From the human T2T-CHM13v2.0 reference genome, Homo sapiens, in assembly GCF_009914755.1 (NCBI RefSeq), contig NC_060934.1: 64,000 bases of DNA. One strand, 5' to 3'. Positions 44,901-60,375 of this stretch are shown here, in pieces. Under the pieces are notes generated by a model. It was not told the DNA's origin, made no database searches, and saw nothing but the letters and a program-made list of their open reading frames with translations. Position 1 is the first letter of the stretch, and every line of letters begins with the position of its first letter. The position numbers were made by a program, and so were the translations under genes.

Positions 44901-45489
44901 TTGAGAGAAAAAACAGGAGCAGTTTGCAGTCTCTTGTTTCTCTTGCTAGACTTTTTTACTCCATTCCTCTGTCACCAAATCTCTTATTTCCTTTTCCCAG
45001 GTCACACCTCTCCATCTGGAGTGAGTGGCTAAAAACAAATCCTTTTGCATCAGAGACTTTCTATGTTATGGTTTGTACATACTGTCTCTTCTTCCTTCTT
45101 CACTCCTCTTCATCTCTGGCATTCTCTGGTTCTGAAACTTGGATCTAAGCAAGAACCCTGTCATTCTAGTATAGATTCTTCTTCAGCTACCTGTCCTGGA
45201 GGCTTTAGGGATTCAAACTTGTCCTTCCATTACTATATATCTCTTCCTTCTGAGTCAGGGCTCTTTAGAACCTTCAAGATTGTGACTCTTGCTTTTGGAG
45301 AATTATTTATCATACTCTAACTAGTACTATGGCATTACAAGAAAAATAAACACACACGCATATGCACTAAAGCAGAAGATTACACATATCATTTATAAAT
45401 ACATATTGTTCTTTAGAAAAGTTATTATTATAGTTATAGCAACTAACATGTCTCATAATTGTATGTAGGCAAATATACCTCCTTCCCAC

Positions 45490-45900
45490 ATTAGTTAGAA
45501 TAATCTTTGGATACAGTAACAGAAAATCCAACAATGTTTTAAAATTGTTTTAAAATATGTTTTAAAATATAAAAGGGTTTATCATTTACCTTTGAAAATA
45601 AAAAGTCAGGAAGTAGTGTCACCTAATGTTGGATTGCTGACTTAATGATGCCTAATATCTCTCCAATTATTTTTGGCTTATCACCTCATAGTCCCCAGAT
45701 GGCTGCTATCCTGTAGGTATTAGATCTGTGCTCAAGGCAAGAAGAAGAGTGGGGGGAGCACTAGCTACAATCATCCTCTTTTAATAAGAAAACAGAAGCA
45801 TCTTTACCACCGCCACCACCACTATCACTTCCAGCAAGTTTCTGCTCACATATCAGTAGCTGCTAGGAATTTTCCAATGCTTTTGTATAGCCATGCAAGA
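45490..45900 (-). mobile_element. MaLR LTR fragment (old MLT1-type)
   Basis: ATTAGTTAGAAT ... CAGTAACAGAAAATCCAAC ... CTCATAGTCCCCAGATGGCTGC. Confidence 0.6.
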
Positions 45901-46246
45901 AAGAAGAGTGTTAGCAAGAGCTTTCGACTCAGCCAACCAACAATGTTTGCCATACCCCAAATGCTGAACTCCTCCACAGAAAGGATTTGAGCATATCCAT
46001 ATTTGTATGCCCAGTTCTCAGCAGAGTTTGACATATTTGTAGATACTAATTAAATATTTGTCAAATTATACTCCTTTATGGTTAACATTATTTCTTCTAA
46101 ACCTAACAATTGAATTGACATTTTCAAAAACACATTTACCATGAATCTTAGACAACTATAATATAATAGAGAATCTACAATATAAATCTATAAAATCTCA
46201 TATTATTAAACTGAAATTAAGATTATTTGTCAACTATGTCAATATA

Positions 46247-46572
<326 letters not shown>

Positions 46573-46849
46573 TTAATAATAAACTATTCAGAAGGTTACA
46601 AATTCAGTAGAATACACAATTGCTAGTGAAAAAAACAGAAATTTACCCATAGAGTGCAATTAGGAAGCCAGAAAGTGCTTTACAGTGCTGCATTGTCTTT
46701 CTGGAGTTAAACTTAAAACTTTACTGTCAATATTTATGGAAACTTTCATTCTATTCCATAACATGTACATGTTGGTGATAATATAAATGAGTATTTTTTC
46801 CCTAAAATTTTTAGTAGAATTTCACCCTAGGCTATGTGCAACTTTAATA

Positions 46850-47570
46850 ATGATGATGATAATGATGACGATAGCAAATATATAGAGTGCTTACATGTAC
46901 CAGGTACTTTTCTAAGCACTTTATATGTATGAACTAATTTAATCCTCATAATAACCCTAGGAGGTAGGTATTATCATCAACCATACATACAGAAGAGAAA
47001 ATGGAAGCAGAACTTGAGGAAGTAATTTGCCCAAGGACCTACAGGTTGCATGTGGCAGAGGTGGAATTCAGTCCCAGATCATCAGGCCCCAGAACCTGGC
47101 TTCATAAACACCTGCCCTTGAAACCCACTATGGAGCCCCAGGAGTACCCATCCATGGTTTTGACCAACATTACCTCCTCTGTCATTTCAAGAACTCTATA
47201 GGCATTATCTTTAGGTTTAATATATGAGAAAACAGAAACTTAAAGAAATTATGGTAACTTGCCAAAAATCACAAGCTCCGTAGATACAAGTCAAACACAA
47301 CTCTCTCTGGCTCTGGAGTCTACATTCTTATCCACTGTGCAGTGCACTGTACTGACAGAAGGGGAAAACCCTACAGTGTGTGATGCACTTCCTATGTCAC
47401 AGAGTATGAAGAATGTCACAAGGTCACGGAATTTCAGAGCTGAAAGGGATCATCTAGTCCAACCCATTCATTTCATGGGTAGAGAACTGAAACCCAGAGA
47501 AAATAGAAATGCCACCACCTCGGTGCCAGATCTCCTAGATGCCCACCTACAGGTCAGTCCTCTCTATAGT
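46850..47570 (-). mobile_element. Three adjacent MIR fragments
   Basis: TTTAATCCTCATAATAACCCT ... TAATTTGCCCAAGG; TATGAGAAAACAGAA ...; GATCATCTAGTCCAACCC ... GAACTGAAACCCAGAGA. Confidence 0.75.
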
Positions 47571-47842
47571 ATCTTCTCCCCTTTTCCCTTTAGGTTGATT
47601 TTTCATTTAAAAATTATTTGATATAATATAAATTGTTATAGCTCACAATTGTGAGGAAATTATAAATATTTGCCTTTATGATTTTAGAATGATGAAAACC
47701 TTTGTTATTCTGCAGACTTTCTCCAAAGCTTTATTTCAAAAAGCATCATTGTTCTTTTTCATCTTAGAAAACATAAAACCTACTTGCTTGTCTTCAGGAA
47801 CCCTACGAAGATAAAAATTATCACAATTTATACCCAACATAC

Positions 47843-47951
47843 CTAAAGAACCCTGTCCATTGTGCCCTCATTGGTTGTCCTCTTAACTTGGACAAATGTA
47901 ATCACGTCTTTGACGTATTTCCAGCTTCACGGTGGTTTTGGATATACACTT
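47843..47951 (-). other. Candidate non-coding or untranslated exon (109 nt)
   Basis: Acceptor gatcattttacag|AAG and donor TAG|gtatgt; unique sequence retaining 3 CpGs; stops in all three frames. Confidence 0.4.
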
Positions 47952-50399
47952 CTGTAAAATGATCAAGATTTTTGTTGGAATTCACGAGTGTTTGTTAAAG
48001 TTTTATTAAAAGCGATCCTAGAAAATATAACTAGAGCTTACTATAATATGTTCTGCAGGTGGGAAAAATGTTACAGCTCCATGAACATAAAGCAATCATT
48101 AATTAGCAGCAAAGACACGCCATTTTCAATCTTATCTTTTCATGATTTTAAAAAAACCAACACTTTTCCCTTATATTTTCCAGGTAAGGCATCTTACCAG
48201 TTCTTATGCACTGCAATGGCCACTAGGTAATATTCTTTAAGCAATACTGTTATACATATTATTATATTACAGCAATCCTAAATGAGATAGGAAAGACATC
48301 ATCTTTCATTTTCTACATGGAGAAATTAAGGCTCAGAGAAGTTAGGTGAAAAGACTAAAGTCAAAAATGCTAATGGGTGTAAGAACCTGACTCAAATTCA
48401 GATCTGTCAAATGCATCTGGTGTCTGTCCTTAATACTCTATTAAGTTGCCTCTCTTCATTTAATAAAATTCTCTACCATTCAAAATTAAAGTTGTATATC
48501 TATAATGTTTGCTGTTTATTTCAGTGAGTAGTTATTTCAGTTTTTAATAGATATGTTTTCCTTTATTAGGATTTGTTAAAACTAAAAAAATTAATAATAA
48601 CTTCAAACAATCATTGTTATCATTTCCAATAAGCAAAGCAGACAATTTAAAGAGACAGAATTCTCAGACATGCAATGCTATTTCAAAGTCCATTCACGTG
48701 CTGTGCAAAAAGTCACATTAAAACACTTTATACTGAACTATACCATGACCTCGGCAAACACAGTACTCCTAAAAGCACAGTTATACTTGTTGATGGCTAT
48801 GAGTACAGATTACTTCCTTTTCTTGATACAAAAGTATTAAAAGTATTAATACCATACAGTTAAATCTGAGGAATAATTAATTTGAAGGAAGGTAATAGGC
48901 AGGTAAAGCAGCTCAGTATAATCAAAATTTTCCTTTAAAGAGGTTGACAGTTACTCTGATGTAATATCCTGGAAGTTTTTTTCCAAATGTGCACTTCTGA
49001 TTTGCATGAATTTTAAAGTCATTACTGGTGAATACAGAAAAGATACAGGCCCACTCTCACAAGGATGTAGATTGATCTCTGATATCTAGCCTTCCCAGTG
49101 TGCCATTTGGGGTGTGAAAAGGTACCCCAGAGCCCCAAGGTCTAAAAACCCACTAAATCAGGGTTTCCCAGGACTGCTGTTTTATAAACACTCCAGAGAA
49201 TTTGTCTCTAAAAACAAGTGATGAAGGACAGAGACAAAAGGGGGAGTGTAAAAAATAACCTTTTTTCCCCTTAAAGCAAAGAATCAACATTAGTTTGTAT
49301 TTTGGTTCATTGTAGAAGTCGATCACTATTGTGCACTAATCATTTCACTAGAAAAAGTATTTCTTTTCCTACCATTCTTCACCATGCATGCTTTAGTGCT
49401 TCACAGGTGTACAAGTGATTTTCTTAAATTTATAACCACAGTAGACTTACATAGATCCCTTATAAAATTGATGCAGCAGTGGTAATAGGTTTACACAAAA
49501 ATTGTAATTTATGTCATTCTGTTTTGTTGAAGGGAATCTTGGCTTCTATTTACAGCTTTAATTAACTACTGTATACTTCCTAATTGTATAACCTGTGAGA
49601 TTATGGACTATATAACTTAAGAAATATCTTTATCTGGGAATCCCAGGTGGTGCCTGTTTGTAACATATGCATTCTTGAAATATATTCTTCTAGACAAAAT
49701 TAGTTTTTAGATTAAAATATTGGAGAAGATACTGTTCCTATGATCTCTTTTATTTTGTACTTCAATTCCAAAATTTATAATGTATTTGCCAAAGACTTTC
49801 TTTAGTAGCTAATGGAAAAAAATTCTAAAGAAGAGATGGTGGTAAGGCTGTAATTTTTTAAAAGAATGACTATTCTTTCATTGAGATGATATATGTCCTA
49901 TATAAAAACTTCAAGTAATAAAGAGAAGTTTCAGAAAGTTTCACTTTAAGTCATCCAAATTCCATTTATCAGAAAAAAAACAGCCATCTCTACCACCAAG
50001 TAAACATCATTCCAAACATAGCTAAATGTTTACCAAGGTAGAAAAATGGTCAGAGAGATGTATACATACATAAGCCTTAATTTTGAAAAAAATGAAATCA
50101 AATTATATATGCATTTTAATATTTAAATGTTATATTTTCTTTTCCTTTAATTTGACTAAAGAAAATTTGAACTAAAAACTGAAATTCAGGTAAACGTTTC
50201 TTAAACCCAAAACATGTTTTCTTTTCTACAAGGGCACTCCAAAGTTGAGGTAAAAAATGGAAAAACTTTAGGAGGTTAGAATCATCTGTCTATTTCAACA
50301 TTAGGTAGTAGCTATTAACCCCATGCTATGTAGTTAGGGAAATTAACTGATACCTCTTCCAATATTACCTTGTCACATATTAATCATTTTCATTAACAT

Positions 50400-52080
50400 G
50401 CTTTCATTATCATAGTTTATACCATTTATATGCTATTCTCTAATTTCTAAAGCTGTTATTTTTTATCCATAGATAGATTTGATGCTAACCATCTTAAATC
50501 AGAGTTCCTCCATTCTTGAGCTACTGATGTTGACTCATCATGTATGTGCATGCACATGAGTTTAAAGAAGAGCTCCAGGGTTCTATATTGTCTAAGTTTT
50601 GTTTCAGAATGTCTTTCTCTTGATACTATATTTGACTGAAAATAAAACTTGAGTCATACTTCCCCTCCTTCAGAATTGTGTAGTAATTGCTTCTCTGGGT
50701 TCTCATATTACGTGGAAATTGAAAGCCAACCTTTATTCTCCTTACATGTAGCTGGTATCTTTTCCATAAATGTTCATCTGGTTGAATATTTATCCTTGGA
50801 GTTCAGGAAACAGTTTAAAGTATCTCTCAGTATTCATTGTTCTATCTAAAATTGTCCTAGAACAGAGTATGAACTTCAATTTGAAGATTCAAATCTTTGT
50901 AACAATTTTCTTCTTTTTATTTTTTATTTTTATTGATTCATTTTTTTCTGTTCCCTATTCTTAGGATCACCAATTACGTACATGTTGTCTCTCTTTTCCC
51001 TGTCTTCCGTATCTTTCTTCATTATAAAAACTTCACACTGTTCATACACATTTCATTTTGTCAGATTTTTTTCCAACCTAGTATCTATGCTTGTGACTTT
51101 GTTTTCAATCAAGTTTATTCTATTTGTGTTGCTTCCAGTGTCTATTTTATTTCTGTCATTTTTTTCATTTCCATTTTCATTTTTTACTGAACTCTTGTTC
51201 TGTTTTCACTGCTTTTATTGCTGTATACTCTCTTCTTTGAATTCATCTGTCTCCTTTCTGAACCCTATTTTTAGAATACGTATTTGTTGTGATATACACT
51301 TGTGTCATTTATTTGCTTGTTTTCCTCTCCATGTGTGAAACAGAAAATGGTAGTTTTATGCATGAGTTTATCCACTGTTCCCTTTCTGATCGCTACTCCT
51401 CTTTGAATGAGATAGCAACTGACCAAGTAGTACAATGGGGAGGGGAAGAGGAAGGGGATAGCTGGAAATGTACTGAGGAAGTTGGCAGCCACTATTTCAG
51501 CTTACGAACTCAAACATCTTCTTTCCAAATATTTTATTTTCTTAACATTGAAAGTAGTTCTTCCCTCGTTTCTTTTTGTTTGTTTGTTTTATTTAAGGAG
51601 TTTGCATGGATCACAGCAAGTTTCCCTACAGCAGTGTACCACCTACTTCTTCCACCTTCTTTGACAGACTGCCTGGGCTGAAAGACAAAGTGGTAGAGAA
51701 TAGAACGAGGTTGTTGGCAGAAAGTCCCTCTGAGGCTTCCCTTCCCTACCATTCTAGAGTCTCAGGCGGGATTTCTACATGGTTATTCTCTACTTTTCTT
51801 ATGTATCACGCAGAAACTAAGCTCTCTTTAATCAAAAACTACCAAATATTTTTGGGGGAAAGGCACCTATTGATAATGTCTGAGTCAACATCTCTTAGTG
51901 GGTTTGATTATCTATTTCAATATTTAATATATGGACTTCGTAATTTGTATCATTGCAGTTGTGAGGCTTCCTTGCTTTCTTGGAGATGACAATATTTTCC
52001 CTCTTTTTTGACTTCTTTGATATTTTTAGTAGACTTTGAGAAAGTAAGAAAAACACCTCTATAACAATATCTAAAACTGG
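50400..52080 (-). mobile_element. Very old L1 (L1ME-like) fragments
   Basis: T-rich antisense L1 texture, e.g. TTTATCCTTGGAGTTCAG and TTCAATTTGAAGATTCAAATCTT; boundaries approximate. Confidence 0.5.
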
Positions 52081-52479
52081 AATGATACGAATATTTTATA
52101 TCCTATCAAAATAAGTTTTACCATCAAAATGTCTGGTTCAAAATAGGGGATTTCTAATTAGTTCACATAAATTGTATCTACTGAATACCTTCTATATACG
52201 AGAAGAACCTAGACACTTGGCTAGGTGCAGGTGTCTGTACAAAAATTAATGAGCCAAGATCTGGAATCTCATGGAGCTCACAGATTTATAGCTAATCATT
52301 GTATAATAAAATAGATGTAACAATAACTGAGCAAACAATATATTCACAGTATGAAAATATGGGATTTAATATTTTGTGATTTCCAAAGTGTTTTCAGGTC
52401 CATTTAACTAATATTCATTGAGGGCTATGTTAGATCTAAAAACATTACTGAAATCGCCAACTTCAAATAAACTAGGCCA

Positions 52480-52537
52480 AGGTTAGGTTAGTTCCCAAGA
52501 ACACAGTGAGGTTAGGTTAGTTACCAAGAACACACTG
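52480..52537. repeat. Tandem duplication, 2 x 29 bp, inside a MIR remnant
   Basis: AGGTTAGGTTAGTT(C/A)CCAAGAACACA(G/C)TG twice. Confidence 0.9.
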
Positions 52538-52909
52538 ACATAGAGAAAGGCTGTTTCTGATTAGAATCTAGGATTCTTTCTACCACATCCTGTTGCTCTG
52601 GAAAGAAGAACAGAGTTGATTATGTGGAATAAAAAGAAATCTACTCTGTGAGCCACGATTAGTCCTCCACATACCATGCTGGCATCCACAATCTATCTTT
52701 TGTGTACCACACTGGGAACCACAATCCATCCTCTATGGTTCGGCCTTTAAGAAATATACTGTGATTCACCCTCTTGCAGTAACAGAAACTCATATGGCTC
52801 TACCTACAACACCAGCCATAGTTCTAATGTTTGGAAGTGGAGGTATTTGAAAATATTTCTTTCTTACAGGACAGTTAGTAGGTTAATCAAAAAAGTTGAC
52901 AAAATGTGA

Positions 52910-53280
<371 letters not shown>

Positions 53281-53774
53281 TAAACATATATTTTAACTTA
53301 AAATATATAAATGTTAATTCACTTTTCAAGTGTTTACAGTAGGGCCAAGACTTTGTATTTTGGTAGTGATTCACTCACTATAAATATGTACTTTTCTGTA
53401 TTTTCCACTTTCATTTATTTTTACTTAAAATGAGAGCATAAAGGCATATGAGGCCAACTACAGTAAATGTCTATGTTTTATGAGGTAGTTTACTCTTCGC
53501 TTTTACCCATTTCTGATTTGATTCCTGATTCCTGATTTTCTTCACCCAACTTTTTAAAGGCAACACCCCTTAAGTCTTATCAGCATATTCAAATTGGTTA
53601 TAAATGTCCAAAACCACATTTGTATTTTGCATTTCTAGTATGTTACATGATATTTGATTAAATTACATAAAAAATCTAGTACAACTGTTATAAACATGTT
53701 TGGGAACAAATACAGATGACCTTTAAATAAGGTTTCAATTCAACTGGTGAGAGCAGTAATAGACAGACCTGCTA

Positions 53775-54030
53775 GTGTTGTTACCTAGTGATTAAGTCTG
53801 TGGGCTCTGGAGCCAGAATGCCTGGGTGTGAATCCTGATCCATTACCTACTAGCCTTTTTAACCGTGGACAAGCCACTTAACCTCTCTGTGCCTCAGTTT
53901 CCTCATATGCAAAATGAGAATGACATTAATTAAGGTTTTGTTGTGAAGATTAAAGGAGTTAATTTGAGCAACGCACTTAAAACAGTTCATGGAAGGTGTT
54001 AAGTGTTGTGTATAAATATTAGATATTATT
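53775..54030 (+). mobile_element. MIR SINE, well preserved
   Basis: GGCTCTGGAGCCAGAATGCCTGGGTGTGAATCC ... CTTAACCTCTCTGTGCCTCAGTTTCCTCAT. Confidence 0.9.
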
Positions 54031-54313
54031 ACTACCCAGGCATTCAGTGTATAAGAGACGCCAGTCAATGTGTTTTGCAGATGAAATGGAAAACACTAGC
54101 TAATCTGGCAAGTGGGTTAAAGGGAAACTATTAAGACAAACTCTGATTTTCAGTATCAGTTTGTTAACTAGTGACCCTTATTAGATCATAAGTATCTTGA
54201 GAGCAGGAATTAGATCTTCTGTTCCATTCACTATTACATATCTAATGAATACAGTGCCTGCACTTACTAAATATTTTCTGAGTTAATTAATGAATCAAGT
54301 TCAAATATGGTAG

Positions 54314-54712
<399 letters not shown>

Positions 54713-55734
54713 TTCTTGCCTCTTTTCTAATTGATTCTTGCAAGAACTTTATCGTATATAAAATTATGTACACTTTATAAATAAGAAATATGGAGTACAA
54801 AGAGGTTGAGTAATTTGTTCCAGGTTACACAGTGTGAGTCATTGATATAGCTGGGGCTCAAAGTCAGGACTCCTGGAGGTCTCCCTATGTAATGTCATCC
54901 CTTCCATATAAATAGTCTTAAAATAACCTCAGTTAATCCTTTGTCTCCATGAATACCATCTACCCTGTTTGTCCTATTTGACTTTTGATGCTCCTTACTC
55001 ACTTTAAGTTCAAATTCTAAGCGTCCGTTTATGAACAAATCTGTTCCTCTTCCGTTCTTGCCTAATTTTCTCCATTGCTGTAATTCTACCATAAAAACAG
55101 CCAAGCATGAGATTAAATGCATTTATGAAATAAGAACGTCACTTGTTTAATTTGCTTTAAATACCTCACCTGTGATGCATTTAACAACATAATTGTGTTA
55201 ATACCAATATCACTGCTTTCCCTCACTGTGTCAAGAAGTACAGTAGTTTAGATTCTACCAAGGTCACCTTCTCTTGCAGCACAGTCCCAAATCGCCTTAC
55301 AATAAAAAACATGTTGTCAAAATCAATGAATGGACAGAATTATAGTATTTTTTATAATCATAGCTTAATGAAATTAAATGGGTGAGCCACCTCAATCTAA
55401 GCCAATCTTTAAAATATCATCCTAACAAATGAAGCAAATAAGTAAAGAACTATTATGTGGGAGGGGAAGCAAGGGGTTGACAAGCGCTCAAATATACAGC
55501 CTCATGTTAAATTATATTATTAAGAGCACAAGGGCTTCTTTATATTCATAACCATTCTTAATAATATGTCCCTTCTGAGCTTTTATTATCTTCTCTTATG
55601 AATGGATGGCAGCAGGGATATTGTAACTTATCTCAATTGTAAGTTAAGCTATGTAGGATTCATCTCTGTTCACTTACAGAGTCTAACAATTTATCCCCTC
55701 TATAAGTTTCTCAATAGTCTTAAGTTTATTGAAC

Positions 55735-56350
55735 TCAAACCATTCAACAAATATTTACTAAATTTTGTTATGTCTTATCCACTGTATTGGGCACTGTAGA
55801 GAATCAAAGATTGCTTAAGGACAGCCCCTTACTTCAACGAACTTAAAATGGAATGGAAAATTCAGATTTGGACATCAAAAGTTATTTAAGGGGAGAATAA
55901 GCACTAAAACCTGGGTTTTAAAAAGGCATAATGAAAATACAAACTAGATTAATTCTAATGGAATGACCATGTAAGTTTCAGAAAGGTGTAGTATTTGATG
56001 GTTTCCTAATTAGTAGGGTTGGAACAGAGGGGCTTCAGATGAAGAGATGAGAGTGACTAATGCATGGAAGAGGAAAATAAGGGGCCTCAGGAATAAGAGT
56101 ATGACATTGTGGCTAACACTTACACTACCCGGAAGATAGTGTGAGAAAAGGCTAGAAGGCTAGTTAAACCTTGACTATGGAAAGTCTGAGATACCAACTG
56201 AAGAGTTTGCCCTTACTTGACAGTTAACAGGTATTAAAACTTCTCTTTGTTTCATTTTTGCAGTGGGTTGATTATATACATTTTGTAACTATTACTCTGA
56301 CAGGAGGAGATAAAATGTGATGGAAGAGGAAGGCCAGTCAGGCTATTGAA
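55735..56350 (-). mobile_element. L2 LINE fragment
   Basis: CATTCAACAAATATTTACTAA ... GTATTGGGCACTG ... AGGCCAGTCAGGCTATTG. Confidence 0.65.
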
Positions 56351-56399
56351 AGTAATTTAGGCAAAAGTATCAAGATCAGAAAAGAAGTTCAATTATCCA

Positions 56400-56900
56400 A
56401 CACAATACTGGGAAAAAAAAGCTCAACTTTGTCAATTATTAAGCAAAGATATATACAGAATATAGTACCATTTCACACCTTTAAAATTAGCCAAAAATTT
56501 AAACAATAATTGTGAAGTTAAAATGTAAGAAGCACTTGTATACAATCAGTGAATAAATCAGTAAATAATACTTTTGGAAAGAAATTTGATATTTTAAAAG
56601 TCATATGAAACATATATATTTTACTGAAAATATAAAATTTTAAATACCGTTCATACAAAGAGTCACTGTCATGTTATTTGTGACAGTAAAAACATTAAAA
56701 AATCCTAGATGTCTAACAAAAATTACAATAAAAAATTTGATGGGTTGCTATGTAGCTATCAAAATTATAATCATGAAAGTTATGTAGTGATATGAGAAAC
56801 ATGTAAAAATGGAATAAAATTGTATCTATACTATTATTGCAACTAAAATGTAAATATATATTCCGAAAAAAATGGCAAAAGTACATATAAAATTAAAAGT
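56400..56900 (+). mobile_element. Old L1ME 3' fragment
   Basis: TACCATTTCACACC ... CTTTTGGAAAGAAATTTG ... CCTAGATGTCTAACA. Confidence 0.55.
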
Positions 56901-57527
56901 TGAGATACTAAAAAATTTCCTCTTAAGATTTCTGGACTTCTTAAAATGTGCACAATAAGTAATTTAAAGCATTAATGTGATGCTGAATTAGGACAATGGC
57001 AATCCAAATGAAAGGAAGTACTATAAAGGGAAACATGGTAGAAATAAACAGGAGTGAAGTACTAGGAGTTTGAAGGGATGAATGAAAAGAAGGATGCAGA
57101 CTTAGAGGCTGAGAGCCTGGTAGAATAGTCAGAGAATTAAAAGTAAACTAAAAAGGTTTATTCATGCCAGTTAAAGCAAACAAGTTCTGCTCTAATTGTT
57201 AAGTCGCAATAGACCTTTCCTACGCATTTGGAAGTACGAAGTGTATTTCTGAAGAAATATCAGTGCTAAGACAGGAACTTGGACCTTCCCTGAAGTAGCT
57301 TGTATTTGAAGCTAAAGGAGTGGGAAAAAAATATATATCAAATTTAAGGATGTAGAACAAGAAGAGAAGACAACTTTGGAAAGAACATGGAGCAACACTT
57401 CCAATATAAAAGATAGGAAATTCAAAAAAGCTACAGAAGCACTCTGGAAATGAATAGTCAGTGTTAGAGATCCATGTTAGCATACTGCCATGGCAACTGA
57501 GAAAAAGCTTTTTGTACACACATGCCT

Positions 57528-57557
57528 CTGTGTGTGTGTGTGTCTGTGTGTGTGTGT
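57528..57557. repeat. (TG)n microsatellite
   Basis: TGTGTG tract with one interruption. Confidence 0.9.
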
Positions 57558-57759
57558 TCTATGAAGGAACAAGTTATCCACATATTATAGAGAAGTAGAA
57601 AAGGAAAATTGGGAAAACAGATCATAGAAGTTGGCTACTCCAAGATGACCCTAGAAAAGTAGTTTTCACAGACTAATAAAAATAAAATTTTCAGAGATGA
57701 CAAAGGAAATGGCAGGAAGGTCATGAATTTTAACTATGCCTTCAAAAAAGTGAATTTAG

Positions 57760-58380
<621 letters not shown>

Positions 58381-59173
58381 TAAAGGAAAAGATGGTATGG
58401 TAAACTTAAGATAGTATCAAGATCAATTCTCTAGGTAATCTACAGTGAATAGGCCACAGAAGATAGAGACCCAGGGAATGTGAAACTGCTGAAAAGGTTC
58501 TATGTAGAGTAGAATAAGACATTCCTCCATGAAAAGTTTCCTCATGGCTTTTCATGCTTCCTGAAGTCAAGAACTTCAGGAAAGAAGCATCAAACTTCAG
58601 CAATAATTCCAACCCCTGACAATCCACCAGGCTTATCCATGGATCTTCTATAGAGAACGATGACTAAAATCTACCCCTAGAGCTGATTATTTAATAGAAT
58701 AGCTCTAACTTAAGGGATCTATGATAATACATGATTCTTCCACTTCTCATACCCAAGCAAAGTCTAATGCTGTCAGACAAGGTGATGATCCTCAGCTTGG
58801 AAAGACCTAAAGTGGGAATGCTAATTCCTGTCTCTATACTGTCATTAGAATCTATGGAGAAAAATTGAGTCAATATGTATCGATCTATTTCAGAACTACT
58901 AATCTTCTTACAAAGACATCAAGGAAAAATTACATAGAATATAAATTGCTGAAACATGAATTGGATTTTACTTAACATAATATACAAGAAAGCATGTAAG
59001 ACTGCAAGGTTAGGATACAGGAGTTTTACAATTTTGCTACAGATTATGTAACTTCAGGTAGAATGACACTCAATACTTGGATGGTGTTACTATGAAATTC
59101 ATGGGTAAGAAGTTGGGCTAGATAATTTCTAGGATTATTTTGGGTTATTACTCAATTTCTAATCCTCAGAGTC

Positions 59174-59727
59174 TATATTAATTTCCTCTTGCTGCTATAA
59201 CATATTACCACAAATTTAGTGGTTTAAAACAACACAAGTTTATTATCTTCCGGAGGACAGAAGTCCAAAATCAGCCTCACTGAGCTAAAGTCAAGTCAGC
59301 AGGACTGTGTTCCCTCCAGAGGTCTAGGGGAAAATATGTTTCCTTGCCTCTCTAGCTTCTAAAGACTACTACACTCCTTGGCTCCTGGATCCTTCCTCCA
59401 TCTTCAAAGCCAGCAATGTGGCATCTTCAAATTTTTCTCCTCTCTAGCTGCTTCAGTCATCTCATTGTGTTCTCGTAGAGTCTGACTTTACTGCTTCTGT
59501 CTTTATATTTTTTCTCTCTTACCATGACCTTCCTGCCTCCCTCTTACAAAGACCTTTGCAGGTACATCAGTGAGCCCACCTGGATAATCCAGTATCATTT
59601 CCCTATCTCAAAATCCTTAATTGTTCTGCAAAATCTCTTTTGCTGTGAAAGGTAACATAGTTGCAGGTTCTGGTGATTAGGAAGTAAACATCTTTGGTGG
59701 GTGGAGGGCATTATTTGGCCTACCATA
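59174..59727 (-). mobile_element. MaLR solo LTR (MLT1D/E-like)
   Basis: ATTACCACAAATTTAGTGGTTTAAAACAACACAAG ... CCTTCCTCCATCTTCAAAGCCAGCAA ... CCCACCTGGATAATCCAG ... GGCATTATTTGGCCTACCATA. Confidence 0.9.
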
Positions 59728-60042
59728 AGACCACGTTAATATATGCTTCAAAGTCATTATGTTTTGGAGTTATGCTATAAAATCATTTTCCTAACTTTGA
59801 AAGAAACAACAAAATGAGCCATATATGCAAATGGGTGTAACCAGCAAAAGTTACCTTAGAAAAATAGATAATTGGTTCATTGATCTTGTTAATGCTCAGA
59901 TATTGGTAAATTATTTATTTGGAAGGACCTTCAGAGCCTACTAAACATTCTTTGGCATGTCATTGATGTTGCTTTAAATATTTTAACTTGCTCAAAAGTT
60001 ATTTATAACCAATATTAATGAATTTTAAAAGAAACCACAAGA

Positions 60043-60375
60043 GGCCGGGTGGGGTGACTCACGCCTGTAAATCCTAGCACTTTAGGGGGCCAAGGCGGGC
60101 GGATCACCTGAGGTCCGGAGTTTGAGACCAGCCTGACCAACAAGAAGACACCCTGTCTCTACTAAAAATACAAAATTAGCCAGGTGTGGTGGCGCATGCC
60201 TGTAATCTCAGCTACTCGGGAGGCTGAGGCAGGAGAATCACTTGAACCCAGGAGCGGAGGTTGCGGTGAGCCGAGATCATGCCATTGCACACTCCAGCCT
60301 GAGCAACAAGAGCAAAACTCTGTCAAAAAAAAAAAAAAAAAGAAAGAAAGGAAGGAAGGAAGGAAGGAAAGAAAG
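60043..60375 (+). mobile_element. AluSp/Sq-like SINE with (GAAA)/(GGAA) tail
   Basis: Perfect 16-bp TSD AAAAGAAACCACAAGA (60027-60042 and 60376-60391). Confidence 0.95.
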
